Below, piece after piece: positions 36,107-46,812 of a DNA stretch of 64,000 nucleotides. The DNA comes from an uncultured Taibaiella sp. (GTDB lineage Bacteria; Bacteroidota; Bacteroidia; Chitinophagales; Chitinophagaceae), in assembly GCA_964622775.1 (NCBI GenBank), contig CAZUSO010000004.1, forward strand, positions 520 to 64,519, written 5' to 3'. The notes under the pieces were generated by a model. It searched no databases. It was not told where the DNA came from and saw only the letters and a list, made by a program, of their open reading frames with translations. The translations under genes were made by a program, and so were the position numbers. Each line of letters opens with the position of its first letter. Position 1 is the first letter of the stretch.

Positions 36107-37156
36107 TCAAATCACTAACATGGCATCGCCATAGCTGAAGAAATTGTATTTCTGCTTCATGGCTACATTATAAGCTTCGATGGCCAGGTCATAGCCGGCA
36201 AAAGCACATACCATAATCAGCAGGCTCGTTTTCGGCAAATGAAAATTAGTGATTAAGGAGTTAGCAATGGAAAATTCATGAGGCGGATGAATAAAGAGGT
36301 TGGTCCAGCCCGATGCCGGTTTCAAAAGTCCCTGAGCGGTAACAGAGCTTTCAAGCGCACGCATTGTGGTGGTGCCCACAGAGCATATCCTGCGGTTATT
36401 TTGAATAGCATTATTTACGATATCACAGGCATATTCGTCCACGTTGAAATATTCCGCATCCATCTTGTGTTTGCTCAGGTCTTCCACTTCAATAGGCCGG
36501 AAGGTGCCCAGGCCGGTGTGCAGGGTAATTTCGGCAAAACGAATACCATGAATTTCTAATCGTTTGATCAGTTCCCGGCTGAAGTGCATACCGGCAGTAG
36601 GAGCCGCAACGGCGCCTTCATACTTTGCATAAACGGTCTGGTAACGCTCACGGTCTTCGTCATTCGGCTTCCGCTTGATGTATTTGGGCAGAGGTGTTTC
36701 GCCCATGCTGTCTAATACGGTTTTAAATTCCTGATCATCGCCATTAAACAAAAAGCGAATCGTACGGCCGCGGGATGTCGTATTGTCAATAACTTCCGCC
36801 ACCAACTCGTCATTATCGCCGAAATAGAGCTTATTGCCCACCCGGATTTTACGGGCAGGATCTACGATCACATCCCACAAGCGATTCGGCTTATTCAGTT
36901 CCCGCAATAAGAACACTTCAATCTTAGCGCCGGTTTTTTCCTTGCGTCCGTAAAGTCGGGCGGGAAATACCTTCGTGTTGTTCACGACCATGACGTCTTT
37001 ATCATCGAAGTATTCGAGGACATCTCTGAAGGTACGGTGCTCTATCTTCCCGGTATCTTTATGAACCACCATAAGGCGGCTTTTGTCTCTTTCTTTGGCT
37101 GGATGTTGTGCGATCAGGTTGATCGGCAGTTCGAACTTAAATTGGGATAATTTCAT
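36107..37156 (-). CDS. queA: tRNA preQ1(34) S-adenosylmethionine ribosyltransferase-isomerase
   Basis: The product reads [30 protein letters not shown]...[12 protein letters not shown]...[11 protein letters not shown]. Confidence 0.96.
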   Translation of the reverse strand: MKLSQFKFELPINLIAQHPAKERDKSRLMVVHKDTGKIEHRTFRDVLEYFDDKDVMVVNNTKVFPARLYGRKEKTGAKIEVFLLRELNKPNRLWDVIVDPARKIRVGNKLYFGDNDELVAEVIDNTTSRGRTIRFLFNGDDQEFKTVLDSMGETPLPKYIKRKPNDEDRERYQTVYAKYEGAVAAPTAGMHFSRELIKRLEIHGIRFAEITLHTGLGTFRPIEVEDLSKHKMDAEYFNVDEYACDIVNNAIQNNRRICSVGTTTMRALESSVTAQGLLKPASGWTNLFIHPPHEFSIANSLITNFHLPKTSLLIMVCAFAGYDLAIEAYNVAMKQKYNFFSYGDAMLVI

Positions 37157-37280
37157 ATCTTACAGGATATGCTAAGAAGATTTTAGAATGGAAAAGTGAG
37201 CGAAGGTATGAAAAAAGAACGACAAGAGAGCGATTATTTTTTAATAACCGCTCATTAAAGGAGATGAATCTTGTCCTTTG

Positions 37281-37535
37281 TTATTCAACTATGCACGTAC
37301 CATCGAAGCCCTGCATAAAGTATTTGCTCTCTAATTCAAAACATTTAGAGTCGGCCTGTTCCCGGAGCCGTGCCGTAACAGTTGTCGTTTCTTCTTTGTC
37401 CGGCTCTCCGTCGGCTATGCCCAAACTGCGTGCTACATAGGTGCATTTACAGGCATAATCACTGTTCTTGAGACAGGACATTAAACCAAATACTGTGAAC
37501 ATCGCTACAAGAGCCGTCAATGTAAATTTTTTCAT
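37281..37535 (-). CDS. hypothetical small lipoprotein (Cys-rich)
   Basis: The 84 aa product has a lipobox GLMSC and is preceded by a -7 box. Confidence 0.6.
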   Translation of the reverse strand: MKKFTLTALVAMFTVFGLMSCLKNSDYACKCTYVARSLGIADGEPDKEETTTVTARLREQADSKCFELESKYFMQGFDGTCIVE

Positions 37536-37552
37536 TTTAATGGAATTTTATG

Positions 37553-37560
37553 CAAAAATA
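37553..37560 (-). promoter_or_regulatory. Bacteroidota -7 promoter box (TATTTTTG) for the small lipoprotein gene
   Basis: The plus-strand caaaaata lies 17 nt upstream of the ATG at 37535. Confidence 0.4.
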
Positions 37561-37570
37561 ATGGCTTAAT

Positions 37571-39385
37571 TTATTTATTCAAATCGCCGGCGCTGATATG
37601 GAGCTCCTTCAATTGCCCGGCGCTGATTGCTGCCGGGGCATCTAACATCACATCGCGCCCGCTGTTATTTTTTGGGAAGGCAATATAATCACGGATGGTT
37701 TCATCGCCGCCCAGCAAAGCGCAAAGGCGGTCGAAGCCGAATGCGATGCCGCCATGCGGAGGCGCACCATATTCAAAAGCGCCAAGCAGGAACCCGAATT
37801 TTTCCCGGGCTTCTTCCTGGGAAATTCCCAGGGCGGAAAACATTTTCTCCTGTAGATCCTTTTGATGGATCCGGATGGATCCGCCGCCGAGCTCATGGCC
37901 ATTCAGCACGAAATCATAAGCATTGGCCTTGATATAGGCATATTTTTCAGGATCATCCATCCAGGAAATCTGCTCCGGTTTAGGCGATGTAAAGGGATGA
38001 TGACGCGCCATCCAGCGTCCGGCTCCGCCGCCGTCCACATCTTCGTCAGCATATTCCAGCAAAGGGAAATCCAGCACCCAAAGCGGCTGATAAGTCTCTT
38101 TCTTTCGTAAGCCAAGCCGGTTGGCCATCTCTAACCGCAGTTCGCTCATCGCTTTTCGGGTCAGCTCCGCAGAGCCGGCAAGAATCAGGATCAAATCTCC
38201 CGGAGCCGCACCGGTAAGGTCGCTCCAGGTTTTCAGGCGCTCTGCCTCGTAAAATTTATCCACGGAACTCTTCAGCGTGCCGTCCGTTTGGTATTTTACA
38301 TACATCATTCCCGTCATGCCGATCTGCGGGCGTTTCACCCATTCGGTCAGTTCGTCTAACTGTTTACGGGTATATTCGCTACAGCCTTTCGCACATAGGG
38401 CTACTACATATTCCGCCTCATCCATTACCCTGAAACCCGCGCCCGATACCAGGTCTGTTGCGGGATCACTTTGTTCCAGAACACCTTCCGGAGCTTTCAG
38501 CTCTTTCAATTCCATGTCGAAACGGATATCGGGCTTATCATTGCCAAAGCGGCGCATGGCCTCACTCCAGGATATTCTTGGGAACGCATCCGTCATTGTG
38601 ATGCCTTTTACATCCCGGAAGATATGTTTTATTAAGCCTTCAAATATTTGCAGAATATCTTCCTGTTCCACGAAGGACATCTCACAGTCAACTTGTGTAA
38701 ACTCCGGCTGACGGTCTGCCCGTAAATCCTCATCGCGGAAGCATTTCACGATCTGATAATACCGGTCAAAGCCACTGACCATCAGGAGCTGCTTGAATGT
38801 TTGCGGGCTTTGCGGCAAGGCATAAAACTGACCCGGATTCATACGCGAAGGCACTACAAAATCCCGTGCGCCTTCCGGCGTTGATTTAATCAGGAAAGGT
38901 GTTTCAATGTCAAAAAATCCGTGTTGGTCTAAGTAGTTTCTTACAGAGCGGTTCACCTGATAACGCAGCGCCAGGTTCCGTTGCAGGGCAGGGCGGCGCA
39001 AATCGAGATAACGGTATTTCATACGCAGCTCGTCACCGCCATCAGTAGCCTCTTCAATGGTAAATGGCGGTACCGAAGCCTTGTTCAGGATTTGATATTC
39101 CGACACTTCCACCTCTATATTACCGGTGGGCATCTTCGGGTTTTTATTACTGCGCTCCGTCACTTTCCCCTGAGCCCGGATAACAAATTCACGACCCAGG
39201 GGCTGCTCTTCTAATTGCCGGCTAAGCTGTTCGTTGAAGAAAAGCTGGGTGATACCGTACCGGTCGCGCAGGTCAACAAAAGAAATGCTGCCTAATTTTC
39301 TAAGGGTTTGTACCCATCCGCATAGAGATACTTCAGTGTGAATGTGTGTTTCACGCAATTCCCCGCAGGTATGTGTTCGATACAT
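37571..39385 (-). CDS. aspS: aspartate--tRNA ligase
   Basis: The 604 aa product starts [11 protein letters not shown] and carries class II motifs ([30 protein letters not shown]). Confidence 0.97.
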   Translation of the reverse strand: MYRTHTCGELRETHIHTEVSLCGWVQTLRKLGSISFVDLRDRYGITQLFFNEQLSRQLEEQPLGREFVIRAQGKVTERSNKNPKMPTGNIEVEVSEYQILNKASVPPFTIEEATDGGDELRMKYRYLDLRRPALQRNLALRYQVNRSVRNYLDQHGFFDIETPFLIKSTPEGARDFVVPSRMNPGQFYALPQSPQTFKQLLMVSGFDRYYQIVKCFRDEDLRADRQPEFTQVDCEMSFVEQEDILQIFEGLIKHIFRDVKGITMTDAFPRISWSEAMRRFGNDKPDIRFDMELKELKAPEGVLEQSDPATDLVSGAGFRVMDEAEYVVALCAKGCSEYTRKQLDELTEWVKRPQIGMTGMMYVKYQTDGTLKSSVDKFYEAERLKTWSDLTGAAPGDLILILAGSAELTRKAMSELRLEMANRLGLRKKETYQPLWVLDFPLLEYADEDVDGGGAGRWMARHHPFTSPKPEQISWMDDPEKYAYIKANAYDFVLNGHELGGGSIRIHQKDLQEKMFSALGISQEEAREKFGFLLGAFEYGAPPHGGIAFGFDRLCALLGGDETIRDYIAFPKNNSGRDVMLDAPAAISAGQLKELHISAGDLNK

Positions 39386-39493
39386 GTTGATTGTATTTAC
39401 TGTTGATTGTTGAAAGCGTATTGCCCGCAGTGTTCACGGCAGCAGTCAGGCTGCGTATGTTCCGCGCACAAAAAACGCTGCGAAATTAAAGGT

Positions 39494-40120
39494 TTATTGC
39501 GGTACCTCAAATGATTGATTGAGTTCGTCAATATATTCCAATAATTCCCTGCGTCCGGTTTTTTTTACGGTGGATGTAACAAAGTTGCGGGGAATAAATT
39601 CCCATTCTTCCCGCATTTTGTTGATAAATGCTTTTACATTCCGGGCGGTTTCTGCCTGCGTATTTTTGTCGGATTTTGTGAAAACTAAATTGAACGGTAC
39701 ATTCCATTCACCCAGATTGCCCAGGAATTCCAGGTCGATTTTCTGAGGACTGATACGGCTGTCGATTAATACAAATACGGTTTGCAGGTTGTTGCGTTCC
39801 CGGAAATAGCTCGCAATCATCTTTTCCCATTGCCGCCGCTGACTGATGGAGCGCTTTGCATAGCCATAGCCCGGCAAATCCACCAGATACCATCCTCCAC
39901 GCTGCGTTTTATCTCCATTAATGATGAAATGATTGATTAATTGTGTCTTGCCCGGGCTGGAAGAAACCTTGGCCAATCCGGCATGGTTGGTAAGCAGGTT
40001 GATTAGTGAGGATTTGCCGACATTAGAACGCCCGATAAAGGCGTACTCCGGACGATCTGCCGGCGGGCACATGCTGACTGCAGGACTGCTGATGAGGTAT
40101 TGTGTATTGTGTATTTCCAT
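39494..40120 (-). CDS. engB: ribosome biogenesis GTP-binding protein YihA/YsxC
   Basis: It has the G1 motif GRSNVGKSSLIN, G3 DLPGYGY and G4 TKSD. The start is set to the ATG at 40120, downstream of the -7 box. Confidence 0.92.
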   Translation of the reverse strand: MEIHNTQYLISSPAVSMCPPADRPEYAFIGRSNVGKSSLINLLTNHAGLAKVSSSPGKTQLINHFIINGDKTQRGGWYLVDLPGYGYAKRSISQRRQWEKMIASYFRERNNLQTVFVLIDSRISPQKIDLEFLGNLGEWNVPFNLVFTKSDKNTQAETARNVKAFINKMREEWEFIPRNFVTSTVKKTGRRELLEYIDELNQSFEVPQ

Positions 40121-40129
40121 AAGCCGGGA

Positions 40130-40137
40130 CAAAAATA
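40130..40137 (-). promoter_or_regulatory. Bacteroidota -7 promoter box (TATTTTTG) for engB, with a second copy at 40142-40149
   Basis: There are two tandem plus-strand caaaaata matches just upstream of the ATG at 40120. Confidence 0.4.
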
Positions 40138-40159
40138 TGTCCAAAAATATTACCGCGTA

Positions 40160-40849
40160 CTAAAGATGCTGACAAATCAATATCCGGTTTTTGCCTTTAG
40201 TAAGGATTTCAATCGTATGGAATTGCTGGCTCAGCATCCGTTGCAGATTTTCCCATTCTTCGTTTTCGTGGATAATATAGTTCATAATGCAATAGCCGCC
40301 CGGACGCAGCGCCTTTTGGCAGGATCCCAAAAAAGAGGGTTGCAGGATACGTTCCGGTACGCTTCTTCCGATAAACACATCAATACAGATCAGGTCGTAA
40401 TGATCCGTATTGCTTTCCATAAAATGAAATGCATCCCCCGGGAATGTCCGGAAGTGCCTGATATCAGATAAAGCCAATACTGTTGTTGCCCATTTCAGGA
40501 TTTCACCGTTCAGTTCCACAAGCGTGTAATGCATACCGGCATTATACCGGTGATGCAGGATCTGTGCCACGCTGCCTAAGCCCGTACCCAGAATCAGACA
40601 GTCACCTGCTTTTCGGAAAAAGGAGTTGGGTAAATTTTTGAAGGCTAAACGAAAGGGTGCGTACCGGCGGCCATCAGAATACAGCGCATCTTCCGTAGCT
40701 AATTGCCACTGATTCCGGTACAGCAATAACTCCAGGTAATCTCCGGATTTGCTATACCCGTGATGAATCCGAATGGGCCAAAGGTAGCTGAGCAAGCGAT
40801 ACCAGGCAGAAGGTTGAAATGTCGTTATCACAAATTCCGGTTTATACAC
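40160..40849 (-). CDS. class I SAM-dependent methyltransferase / spermidine synthase-like protein
   Basis: It has ILGTGLGS (motif I) and a DLICIDVF block in 229 aa. Confidence 0.65.
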   Translation of the reverse strand: MYKPEFVITTFQPSAWYRLLSYLWPIRIHHGYSKSGDYLELLLYRNQWQLATEDALYSDGRRYAPFRLAFKNLPNSFFRKAGDCLILGTGLGSVAQILHHRYNAGMHYTLVELNGEILKWATTVLALSDIRHFRTFPGDAFHFMESNTDHYDLICIDVFIGRSVPERILQPSFLGSCQKALRPGGYCIMNYIIHENEEWENLQRMLSQQFHTIEILTKGKNRILICQHL

Positions 40850-40912
40850 AATTATGGTTTCAGGGCAGGAGCCACCAGCCGGAATGATCTTAAAAAAAGA
40901 AGCTGACGGGCT

Positions 40913-41539
40913 TTATTTGTTCTTTTTCTTCTTCAGGTTGACTTTGTTCTCATTACCATTAATGAGCCTGCTGATATTTTTATGATGGCTTAGCACGACC
41001 ATGCATGCGGTAGCGATGGCAAAAAGACGGTAAAAATCTTCCGGCTCTTTCAGAATGAACAGAATCATAACCGGGAAAGCAATGCTGGCAGCAATAGAAC
41101 TAAGCGAAACATAGCGGGTAAGAAACAACATGAATACAAACACACCGACTAAGATCAAGGCCACTAAGGGCTGAATGCCAAGAATCATGCCAAATAGCGT
41201 AGCCACGCCTTTTCCGCCACGAAATCCTGCAAAAATGGGGAAGATATGCCCTACAACCGCAAAGATGCCGAGAGCAATCTGCAGATTGATAAATTGCTCG
41301 GATTTAAAGGCATAGGCGGATAGGAAAGCCAGGTTAATAGCTGCAAAACCCTTTAACATATCGACCGCCATGACGGCTATACCCGGGCCTTTGCCCAAAG
41401 TACGAAAGGTATTGGTTGCTCCGGCATTCCCGCTGCCGTATTCCCTGATGTCAATGCTGAAAAAATATTTGCTCACCCATACTGCTGTTGGTATTGAACC
41501 GATATGATATGCAATTATAATCAGAAGGAATATGCTCAT
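40913..41539 (-). CDS. plsY: glycerol-3-phosphate acyltransferase PlsY
   Basis: It has GSIPTA, GSGNAGATN and FAGFRGGKGVAT motifs. Confidence 0.95.
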   Translation of the reverse strand: MSIFLLIIIAYHIGSIPTAVWVSKYFFSIDIREYGSGNAGATNTFRTLGKGPGIAVMAVDMLKGFAAINLAFLSAYAFKSEQFINLQIALGIFAVVGHIFPIFAGFRGGKGVATLFGMILGIQPLVALILVGVFVFMLFLTRYVSLSSIAASIAFPVMILFILKEPEDFYRLFAIATACMVVLSHHKNISRLINGNENKVNLKKKKNK

Positions 41540-41569
41540 GTCTTATATTAAAATTAAAAAATGGATGGC

Positions 41570-41577
41570 CAAAGGTA
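41570..41577 (-). promoter_or_regulatory. Bacteroidota -7 promoter box (TACCTTTG) for plsY
   Basis: The plus-strand caaaggta lies 30 nt upstream of the ATG at 41539. Confidence 0.45.
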
Positions 41578-41661
41578 ATTATTAAATTTCAATTATTCAT
41601 TTTCGGTAAAATGGGGGAATGCTTCGGCAAAATGGGGTAATCATTTTTGGGCTGAATTTGT

Positions 41662-42720
41662 TCATGGTAACCGGAGCGATTTTTCGTCGAAATCCAAATC
41701 GCGGAATGTCTTTTTCCCTTGTAAAAAATAACGGACAATAATACTTTTCGGATAGATACCCGCCTCATTCCGCCAGGTGATGCAGGCTAGCGCTGCTTTT
41801 CGTTTTCGCCGCCATTTATTGAATGATACATAAAAGCTGAAATGCGCCCTCAGAACGGCGATGATATTTTTAAAATCTCCCTGAAATAAAAACTGCAATC
41901 CGGCGATGCCATCTAATACAAGCCGTAAAGGCAGCAGCCACCATAAACGAGCCGCTTTTTCATTTTTTAAAAGCAGCACTAAATTGTTCCGGAAATTATA
42001 AAATGTTTTTTGCGGACTGCCGTAAGTAATCACACTACCGCCAACATGATAAACGGTGGATTTTCCGGCACAGGCAATCTTATACCCGGCATTTTTCAGG
42101 CGCCAGCAGAGATCTACTTCCTCCATGTGGGCATACAGGTCAGGATCCAGTCCGCCTACCTGGTGATAAGCTTCGGAGCGCACCATAAAACATCCTCCGG
42201 AAGCCCAAAACACTTCCATGTCCTGATTATATTGGCCCTGGTCTTTTTCTAATGTAGAAAAAATGCGGCCCCGGCAGAACAGGTAACCCCATTTATCCAT
42301 AAACCCGCCGGCCGCACCGGCATATTCAAAATATTCTTTGTCGCGGTAATAACGCACTTTCGGCTGGCAGGCTGCAATCTCAGGATGAGATTCCATTAAC
42401 CGGTGCATAGGTCTGAACCAGTCCGAACTTACTTCAAAATCGGCGCTAAGTAAAATGTAATATTTGGCTTTTATCTGTTTCAGCGCCTCCGCATAACCCC
42501 AGGCGAAACCATGATTTTCGGTAAGTCGTACCAGCTCCACATCGGGAAAATGATGACGAATATATTCGGAAGTGTCGTCAGGAGAGCAATGATCAACCAC
42601 GATAATATCATAGCCTGCCGGAGATTCGCTTATGATTCCCGGCAGAAAAAGCTCATGCCATTTTCGGCTGTTATAGCTGAGAATGACCACAGCAGTATCA
42701 TTTACGGCAGTAATCATCAA
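41662..42720 (-). CDS. family 2 glycosyltransferase
   Basis: It has VVILSYNS, VVDHCSPDDT and a DxD-like LSADFEV motif in 352 aa. Confidence 0.85.
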   Translation of the reverse strand: MMITAVNDTAVVILSYNSRKWHELFLPGIISESPAGYDIIVVDHCSPDDTSEYIRHHFPDVELVRLTENHGFAWGYAEALKQIKAKYYILLSADFEVSSDWFRPMHRLMESHPEIAACQPKVRYYRDKEYFEYAGAAGGFMDKWGYLFCRGRIFSTLEKDQGQYNQDMEVFWASGGCFMVRSEAYHQVGGLDPDLYAHMEEVDLCWRLKNAGYKIACAGKSTVYHVGGSVITYGSPQKTFYNFRNNLVLLLKNEKAARLWWLLPLRLVLDGIAGLQFLFQGDFKNIIAVLRAHFSFYVSFNKWRRKRKAALACITWRNEAGIYPKSIIVRYFLQGKKTFRDLDFDEKSLRLP

Positions 42721-42743
42721 AAAAATCAGAGGTGAAAACGACC

Positions 42744-42971
42744 TTATTTATACTTAGGATCGTAAAGAGTATTGTCGGGAACTTTTACATCCGAATTATC
42801 TTTGAATTTGTGTTGGAAAAGGCTGTAGCATCCGGCCCAACAGAACACAAAATATCCGAAAAAACCCAGTAAAAAGAATAAGCGGGATGCCGATGTTTTG
42901 CTGGTTCTGATGTCTAAGTTGTTTTCCAGCAATTTTGGTTCGTTATATTGATCCTGATTAGTACGTTCCAT
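42744..42971 (-). CDS. hypothetical small membrane protein
   Basis: It has one or two TM segments (LFFLLGFFGYFVFCWAGCYSLF). The start is moved to the ATG at 42971 because the ORF-track start lies inside the -7 box. Confidence 0.5.
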   Translation of the reverse strand: MERTNQDQYNEPKLLENNLDIRTSKTSASRLFFLLGFFGYFVFCWAGCYSLFQHKFKDNSDVKVPDNTLYDPKYK

Positions 42972-42998
42972 AAAATTTAATCTTGTAAAAGATGCCTG

Positions 42999-43006
42999 CA
43001 AAAATA
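42999..43006 (-). promoter_or_regulatory. Bacteroidota -7 promoter box (TATTTTTG) for the small membrane protein/GT2 operon
   Basis: The plus-strand caaaaata lies 27 nt upstream of the ATG at 42971. Confidence 0.4.
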
Positions 43007-43111
43007 ATCAATTTGCAACATTATCATAATTTTTTTAGGAATTCCCTGCCCGTATTCATCTGAGTCATCTTAATTTTCGCATGCTCAGGCAGAAATCCAT
43101 CAGATATGCTC

Positions 43112-43119
43112 TAAATTTG
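43112..43119 (+). promoter_or_regulatory. Bacteroidota -7 promoter box (TAAATTTG) for recN
   Basis: It is an exact match 21 nt upstream of the ATG at 43141 and lies inside the longer ORF-track call. Confidence 0.45.
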
Positions 43120-43140
43120 CTCCGAACGTTACAGCACGCA

Positions 43141-44802
43141 ATGCTTCAAAAACTATACATCCGCAATTATGCCATCATTGATGAGCTGACGATTGAATTT
43201 GATCCGCAGCTTAATGTGATTACCGGAGAAACAGGCGCCGGGAAATCCATTATTCTCGGCGCTTTTTCGCTGATTTTGGGTGAAAGGGCGGACACCTCCG
43301 TGCTCAGCACTAACGGGAAAAAATGTATTGTGGAAGCCTGTTTTGATGTGAGTAGTCAGGAGCTGTTCCAGCGGCAGCTCCGGCTGGAACAGCTGGATGT
43401 GGAACCGGTTTGCATTATCCGCCGCGAGATATCCCCTTCAGGGAAGAGCCGGGCTTTTGTGAACGATACCCCGGTTACGCTACAGGTATTGAATGCGCTG
43501 GCCTCCCTGCTGGTGGATCTGCACCGGCAGACTGATTCCCGTGCGTTGCTGGAAAATGATTTCCGGTTTGCTGTGACCGATGCGATGGCCCGTACGCAGG
43601 ATGCGCTCAAGAAATATCAGGAGGATTATAACCTGTATAAATCCCGGCAAAACGCCTATCGGCATCTCTTACAAGAACAGGAACAATGGAACCGGGAGGC
43701 CGATTATAACCAGTTTATATCAGATGAGCTGAACCAGGCAGCCTTTCAGGATGGAGAACTGGAGGAGTCAGAAGTTTTGATGAAACAACTGACTCATGCA
43801 GAGCAAATCAGGAATACCCTTGAAGCCGTTTCTTTCGGGCTGGAAGACCGGGAGATGGCGGTCAATCATGAGCTGAAAAAAATGCAGCAACAACTGGAAG
43901 CGCTGATAGCGTTGCATCCGGAAACGGCGCCTTTATCCCGGCGGATAGAAAGCGCTCTGCTGGAATTGCGCGATATTGCCGCCGAGCTGAGAACCTTGCA
44001 GGATAGGGTGAACATGGATCCGGAACATTTGCTGCGATTGCAGGAACGTTTGGATTTGGGATACCGCCTGCTGAAAAAACACCAGGTTTCCACAACGGCC
44101 GAGCTGTTGTACATTCAGCAACAGCTTTCCGAAAAGCTTCTGGCTAAAAATTCCGCTGGACAGGAATTGACAGCGCTGAAAGAAACGCTGGACACGCTGG
44201 AGCAATCCTTGCAGCAACAGGCAGACGCTATCAGTAAGCAGCGCAAGGCGGAAGCGCCGGAATTTGTCGGAAAGATTAATGAATTGCTGCATTTAGTCGG
44301 CATGCCGAATGCGTTAATTAAGCTGGACATTACGCCGAGTGCCGGGCTTCATCATTCAGGCGCTGATGATATTGCCTTCTTGATTGATGCCAACAAAAGC
44401 GGAAAATTCTTACCCCTTCAGAAAGCGGCTTCAGGAGGAGAGCTCAGCCGTATCATGCTTTGCATCAAAACCCTTACGGCACGGGCATTAGCGTTGCCCA
44501 CCCTTATCTTTGATGAAGTGGATACGGGTATTTCGGGTGAGGCAGCCCGCCAGGTGGGTATCCTGCTGCGTTCTGTTGCGGATTACCACCAGGTGCTTTG
44601 CATTACCCATCAGCCCCAGGTGGCCGGTAAAGGCAGCCGGCATTTTTATGTGTATAAATCTGAAGGAACAAAAGACACGATAACGACGAGGATAAAATTA
44701 TTGAACGATACGGAACATATTGAAGCCGTAGCCCGAATGATAGGCGGCGACAAACCCTCCAAAGCGGCATTGGAAAATGCCCGGGAGTTGGCAGGCAGAT
44801 AG
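43141..44802 (+). CDS. recN: DNA repair protein RecN
   Basis: The product starts MLQKLYIRNYAIIDELTIEF, has the Walker A GETGAGKS, a long coiled coil, the signature ASGGELSR and Walker B LIFDEVD. Confidence 0.95.
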   Translation: MLQKLYIRNYAIIDELTIEFDPQLNVITGETGAGKSIILGAFSLILGERADTSVLSTNGKKCIVEACFDVSSQELFQRQLRLEQLDVEPVCIIRREISPSGKSRAFVNDTPVTLQVLNALASLLVDLHRQTDSRALLENDFRFAVTDAMARTQDALKKYQEDYNLYKSRQNAYRHLLQEQEQWNREADYNQFISDELNQAAFQDGELEESEVLMKQLTHAEQIRNTLEAVSFGLEDREMAVNHELKKMQQQLEALIALHPETAPLSRRIESALLELRDIAAELRTLQDRVNMDPEHLLRLQERLDLGYRLLKKHQVSTTAELLYIQQQLSEKLLAKNSAGQELTALKETLDTLEQSLQQQADAISKQRKAEAPEFVGKINELLHLVGMPNALIKLDITPSAGLHHSGADDIAFLIDANKSGKFLPLQKAASGGELSRIMLCIKTLTARALALPTLIFDEVDTGISGEAARQVGILLRSVADYHQVLCITHQPQVAGKGSRHFYVYKSEGTKDTITTRIKLLNDTEHIEAVARMIGGDKPSKAALENARELAGR

Positions 44803-45142
44803 ATTCCAGTGATGATTTTTCCACAGGCAATGTGGTTAAAAATGGTGCTTTGGGGGATTAAAAATTGGATAGTGTCATAAATTAGCTGGAGCAGTTATTT
44901 CCATTAAATATCGGAAAAAGCAACAAAGACGACGCAAACATCAAACTAATGCGAGAATATTCCTGAACATTCAGCAAAATAGAAGAAAGCCCTGCTTCCC
45001 ATGTGTTGCCGGAACTTTCGCAAGCGCTCATTATTCTGCTATTCCATACGTCTTTTCCCTAAATACTCAATCCTTATTAAATTCAGCATTTTTGGCATTT
45101 TGACTTTTTCCGCGCACGCTTCCTGCACCAACCGGAGTAATT

Positions 45143-45175
45143 TAAAAGCAAAAAGCGCCAAAAACCGGCGCTTTC
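45143..45175 (-). terminator. intrinsic terminator downstream of tRNA-Ser(GGA)
   Basis: The stem aaagcgcc/ggcgcttt (45152-45159 / 45167-45174) is followed by a U-rich tract on the minus strand. Confidence 0.75.
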
Positions 45176-45179
45176 TCAG

Positions 45180-45266
45180 CGGAGAGAGCGGGATTCGAAC
45201 CCGCGATGCAGTTGCCCACATACACACTTTCCAGGCGTGCTCCTTCAACCACTCGGACACCTCTCC
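45180..45266 (-). tRNA. tRNA-Ser (anticodon GGA), type II
   Basis: The fold is GGAGAGG...CACGC-CTGGAAA-GTGTG...long variable arm...GCGGGTTCGAATCCCGC-TCTCTCC-G. Confidence 0.9.
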
Positions 45267-45381
45267 GTATTTAAGGCAGCAAAAGTAATGTTTTGATTCA
45301 ATAAAATTACCTTTCTTCCCAAAAAACAAAAAAGCTTGCTGTATCTTCGCCTTTAATCAATCATCAATAAAATTGTACCTT

Positions 45382-45642
45382 ATGAAGTACCTGATCATGC
45401 TCGCAACCGCAGTGATATTCGCTTCCTGCGGTGCTGCTACGGACAGTTCAACCGATGCCCATCAGCACGATACTCCGGGCACCGTTTCCGCTAATGCGGT
45501 TGTGGATCCGGTTTGTAATATGCCTAAGGGAGATGACTGGACGGAATTTTCATTAAACGGTTCAGATACCGTTTGGTTCTGCAGCCCGCATTGCAAGGAA
45601 TCTTACGATAAAGATCCGGCTAAATATGCTAAAGCAGAATAG
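45382..45642 (+). CDS. YHS domain-containing lipoprotein
   Basis: It has a lipobox IFASCG and the YHS-type block DPVCNM...FCSPHCKESYDKDPAKY. Confidence 0.75.
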   Translation: MKYLIMLATAVIFASCGAATDSSTDAHQHDTPGTVSANAVVDPVCNMPKGDDWTEFSLNGSDTVWFCSPHCKESYDKDPAKYAKAE

Positions 45643-45707
45643 CTGTTCCGTAATACAACGGACATCAACCCTTGCCTGATGCATCACAAAAACGGGTAAA
45701 GGCTTTC

Positions 45708-45715
45708 TATCTTTG
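45708..45715 (+). promoter_or_regulatory. Bacteroidota -7 promoter box (TATCTTTG) for ribD
   Basis: It is an exact TAnnTTTG match 41 nt upstream of the ATG at 45757. Confidence 0.4.
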
Positions 45716-45756
45716 TTTTCTATGAACATCCCCGGATGCTCCATATTTTTATTTTC

Positions 45757-46791
45757 ATGAGTCACCATACTGCATATATGCTTCGTTGCCTGGAGCTGGC
45801 CAGAAAGGGCGCCGGCCGGGTCGCACCTAATCCGATGGTGGGTGCCGTGCTGGTGCATCGGGGTAATATCATCGCTGAAGGATGGCACCGGCAATATGGC
45901 GGCCCGCATGCAGAGGCGGACTGCCTGCAATCGGTTCGGCCGGAACACCAGGCGCTGATCCCGGAAAGCACGCTGTACGTAAATCTCGAACCCTGTGCGC
46001 ATCAGGGCAAGACACCGCCCTGCGCCGACCTGATTATCCGGCACCGGATTTCCCAGGTAGTTATCGGCTGTGTGGACACTTTCAGTAAGGTTTCGGGAAA
46101 AGGAATTGAAAAATTGCGTGCAGCCGGAATTGCTGTAGAGTTAGGTATAGAAGAAGAAGCCTGCCGCAGTTTGAACCGTCGTTTCTTCACATTTCATGAA
46201 AAGCAAAGACCTTATGTCTTGTTGAAATGGGCGCAAAGCGCCGATGGCTTTATAGCGCCGGAAGGCGAACAACGCCAGATGCTGTCGAATGCTTTTTCGC
46301 AACGCTTAGTGCATAAAATCCGCAGCGAGGAAGCGGCAATCCTGGTGGGCTATAAAACGGCGCTTATCGACAATCCGCAATTGAATAGCCGGCTTTGGCC
46401 GGGAGCTTCACCACTGCGTATCGTAGTGGACAAAAACCTGGAATTGCCAGCGAATCTACAGCTATTCACAGACGGACAGCCGACCCTGATCCTGAATGGA
46501 CGAAAGGAAGAAAAGGCTGCGCAGGTGCACTGGCGAAAAATCAGCAGTAATAACATGGCCGCATCCATCCTGCAGGTGCTGCATGAAGAGTGCATTATGT
46601 CCGTGCTGATAGAAGGCGGCAGTAAAACGCTGAGCCTGTTCCTGGATTCGGGCTTATGGGATGAAGCTTTTGTGATAGATGCGCCCGGCACTTTACAGCG
46701 CGGCCTCAGAGCACCCGGCCTGAAAGACGCCTTTCTACAGGAGCAATTTGAATTAGATACCGACCGCGTTTCGGTCTTTTATCATGCCTGA
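45757..46791 (+). CDS. ribD: bifunctional diaminohydroxyphosphoribosylaminopyrimidine deaminase / 5-amino-6-(5-phosphoribosylamino)uracil reductase
   Basis: It has deaminase zinc motifs (HAE, LEPCAHQGKTPPC) followed by a RibD C-terminal reductase domain. Confidence 0.93.
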   Translation: MSHHTAYMLRCLELARKGAGRVAPNPMVGAVLVHRGNIIAEGWHRQYGGPHAEADCLQSVRPEHQALIPESTLYVNLEPCAHQGKTPPCADLIIRHRISQVVIGCVDTFSKVSGKGIEKLRAAGIAVELGIEEEACRSLNRRFFTFHEKQRPYVLLKWAQSADGFIAPEGEQRQMLSNAFSQRLVHKIRSEEAAILVGYKTALIDNPQLNSRLWPGASPLRIVVDKNLELPANLQLFTDGQPTLILNGRKEEKAAQVHWRKISSNNMAASILQVLHEECIMSVLIEGGSKTLSLFLDSGLWDEAFVIDAPGTLQRGLRAPGLKDAFLQEQFELDTDRVSVFYHA

Positions 46792-46812
46792 TAATTGAAT
46801 GCGTATTTTTCT

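Noticed and set aside
40100-40125. The short tandem tattgtg tattgtg at the engB 5' end, and gttgattgt repeats at 39386-39412.
   Set aside because: Each has only two to three copies of 7-9 nt, which is within what chance or slippage produces. They show no phasing and no partner motif.
45039-45329. A 96-aa minus-strand ORF and a 95-aa plus-strand ORF around 45.0-45.3 kb.
   Set aside because: Both overlap the tRNA-Ser(GGA) gene and its terminator, so they are spurious.
45643-45756. FMN (RFN) riboswitch expected upstream of ribD.
   Set aside because: The spacer is only about 110 nt. It contains a -7 promoter box but none of the conserved RFN core segments.
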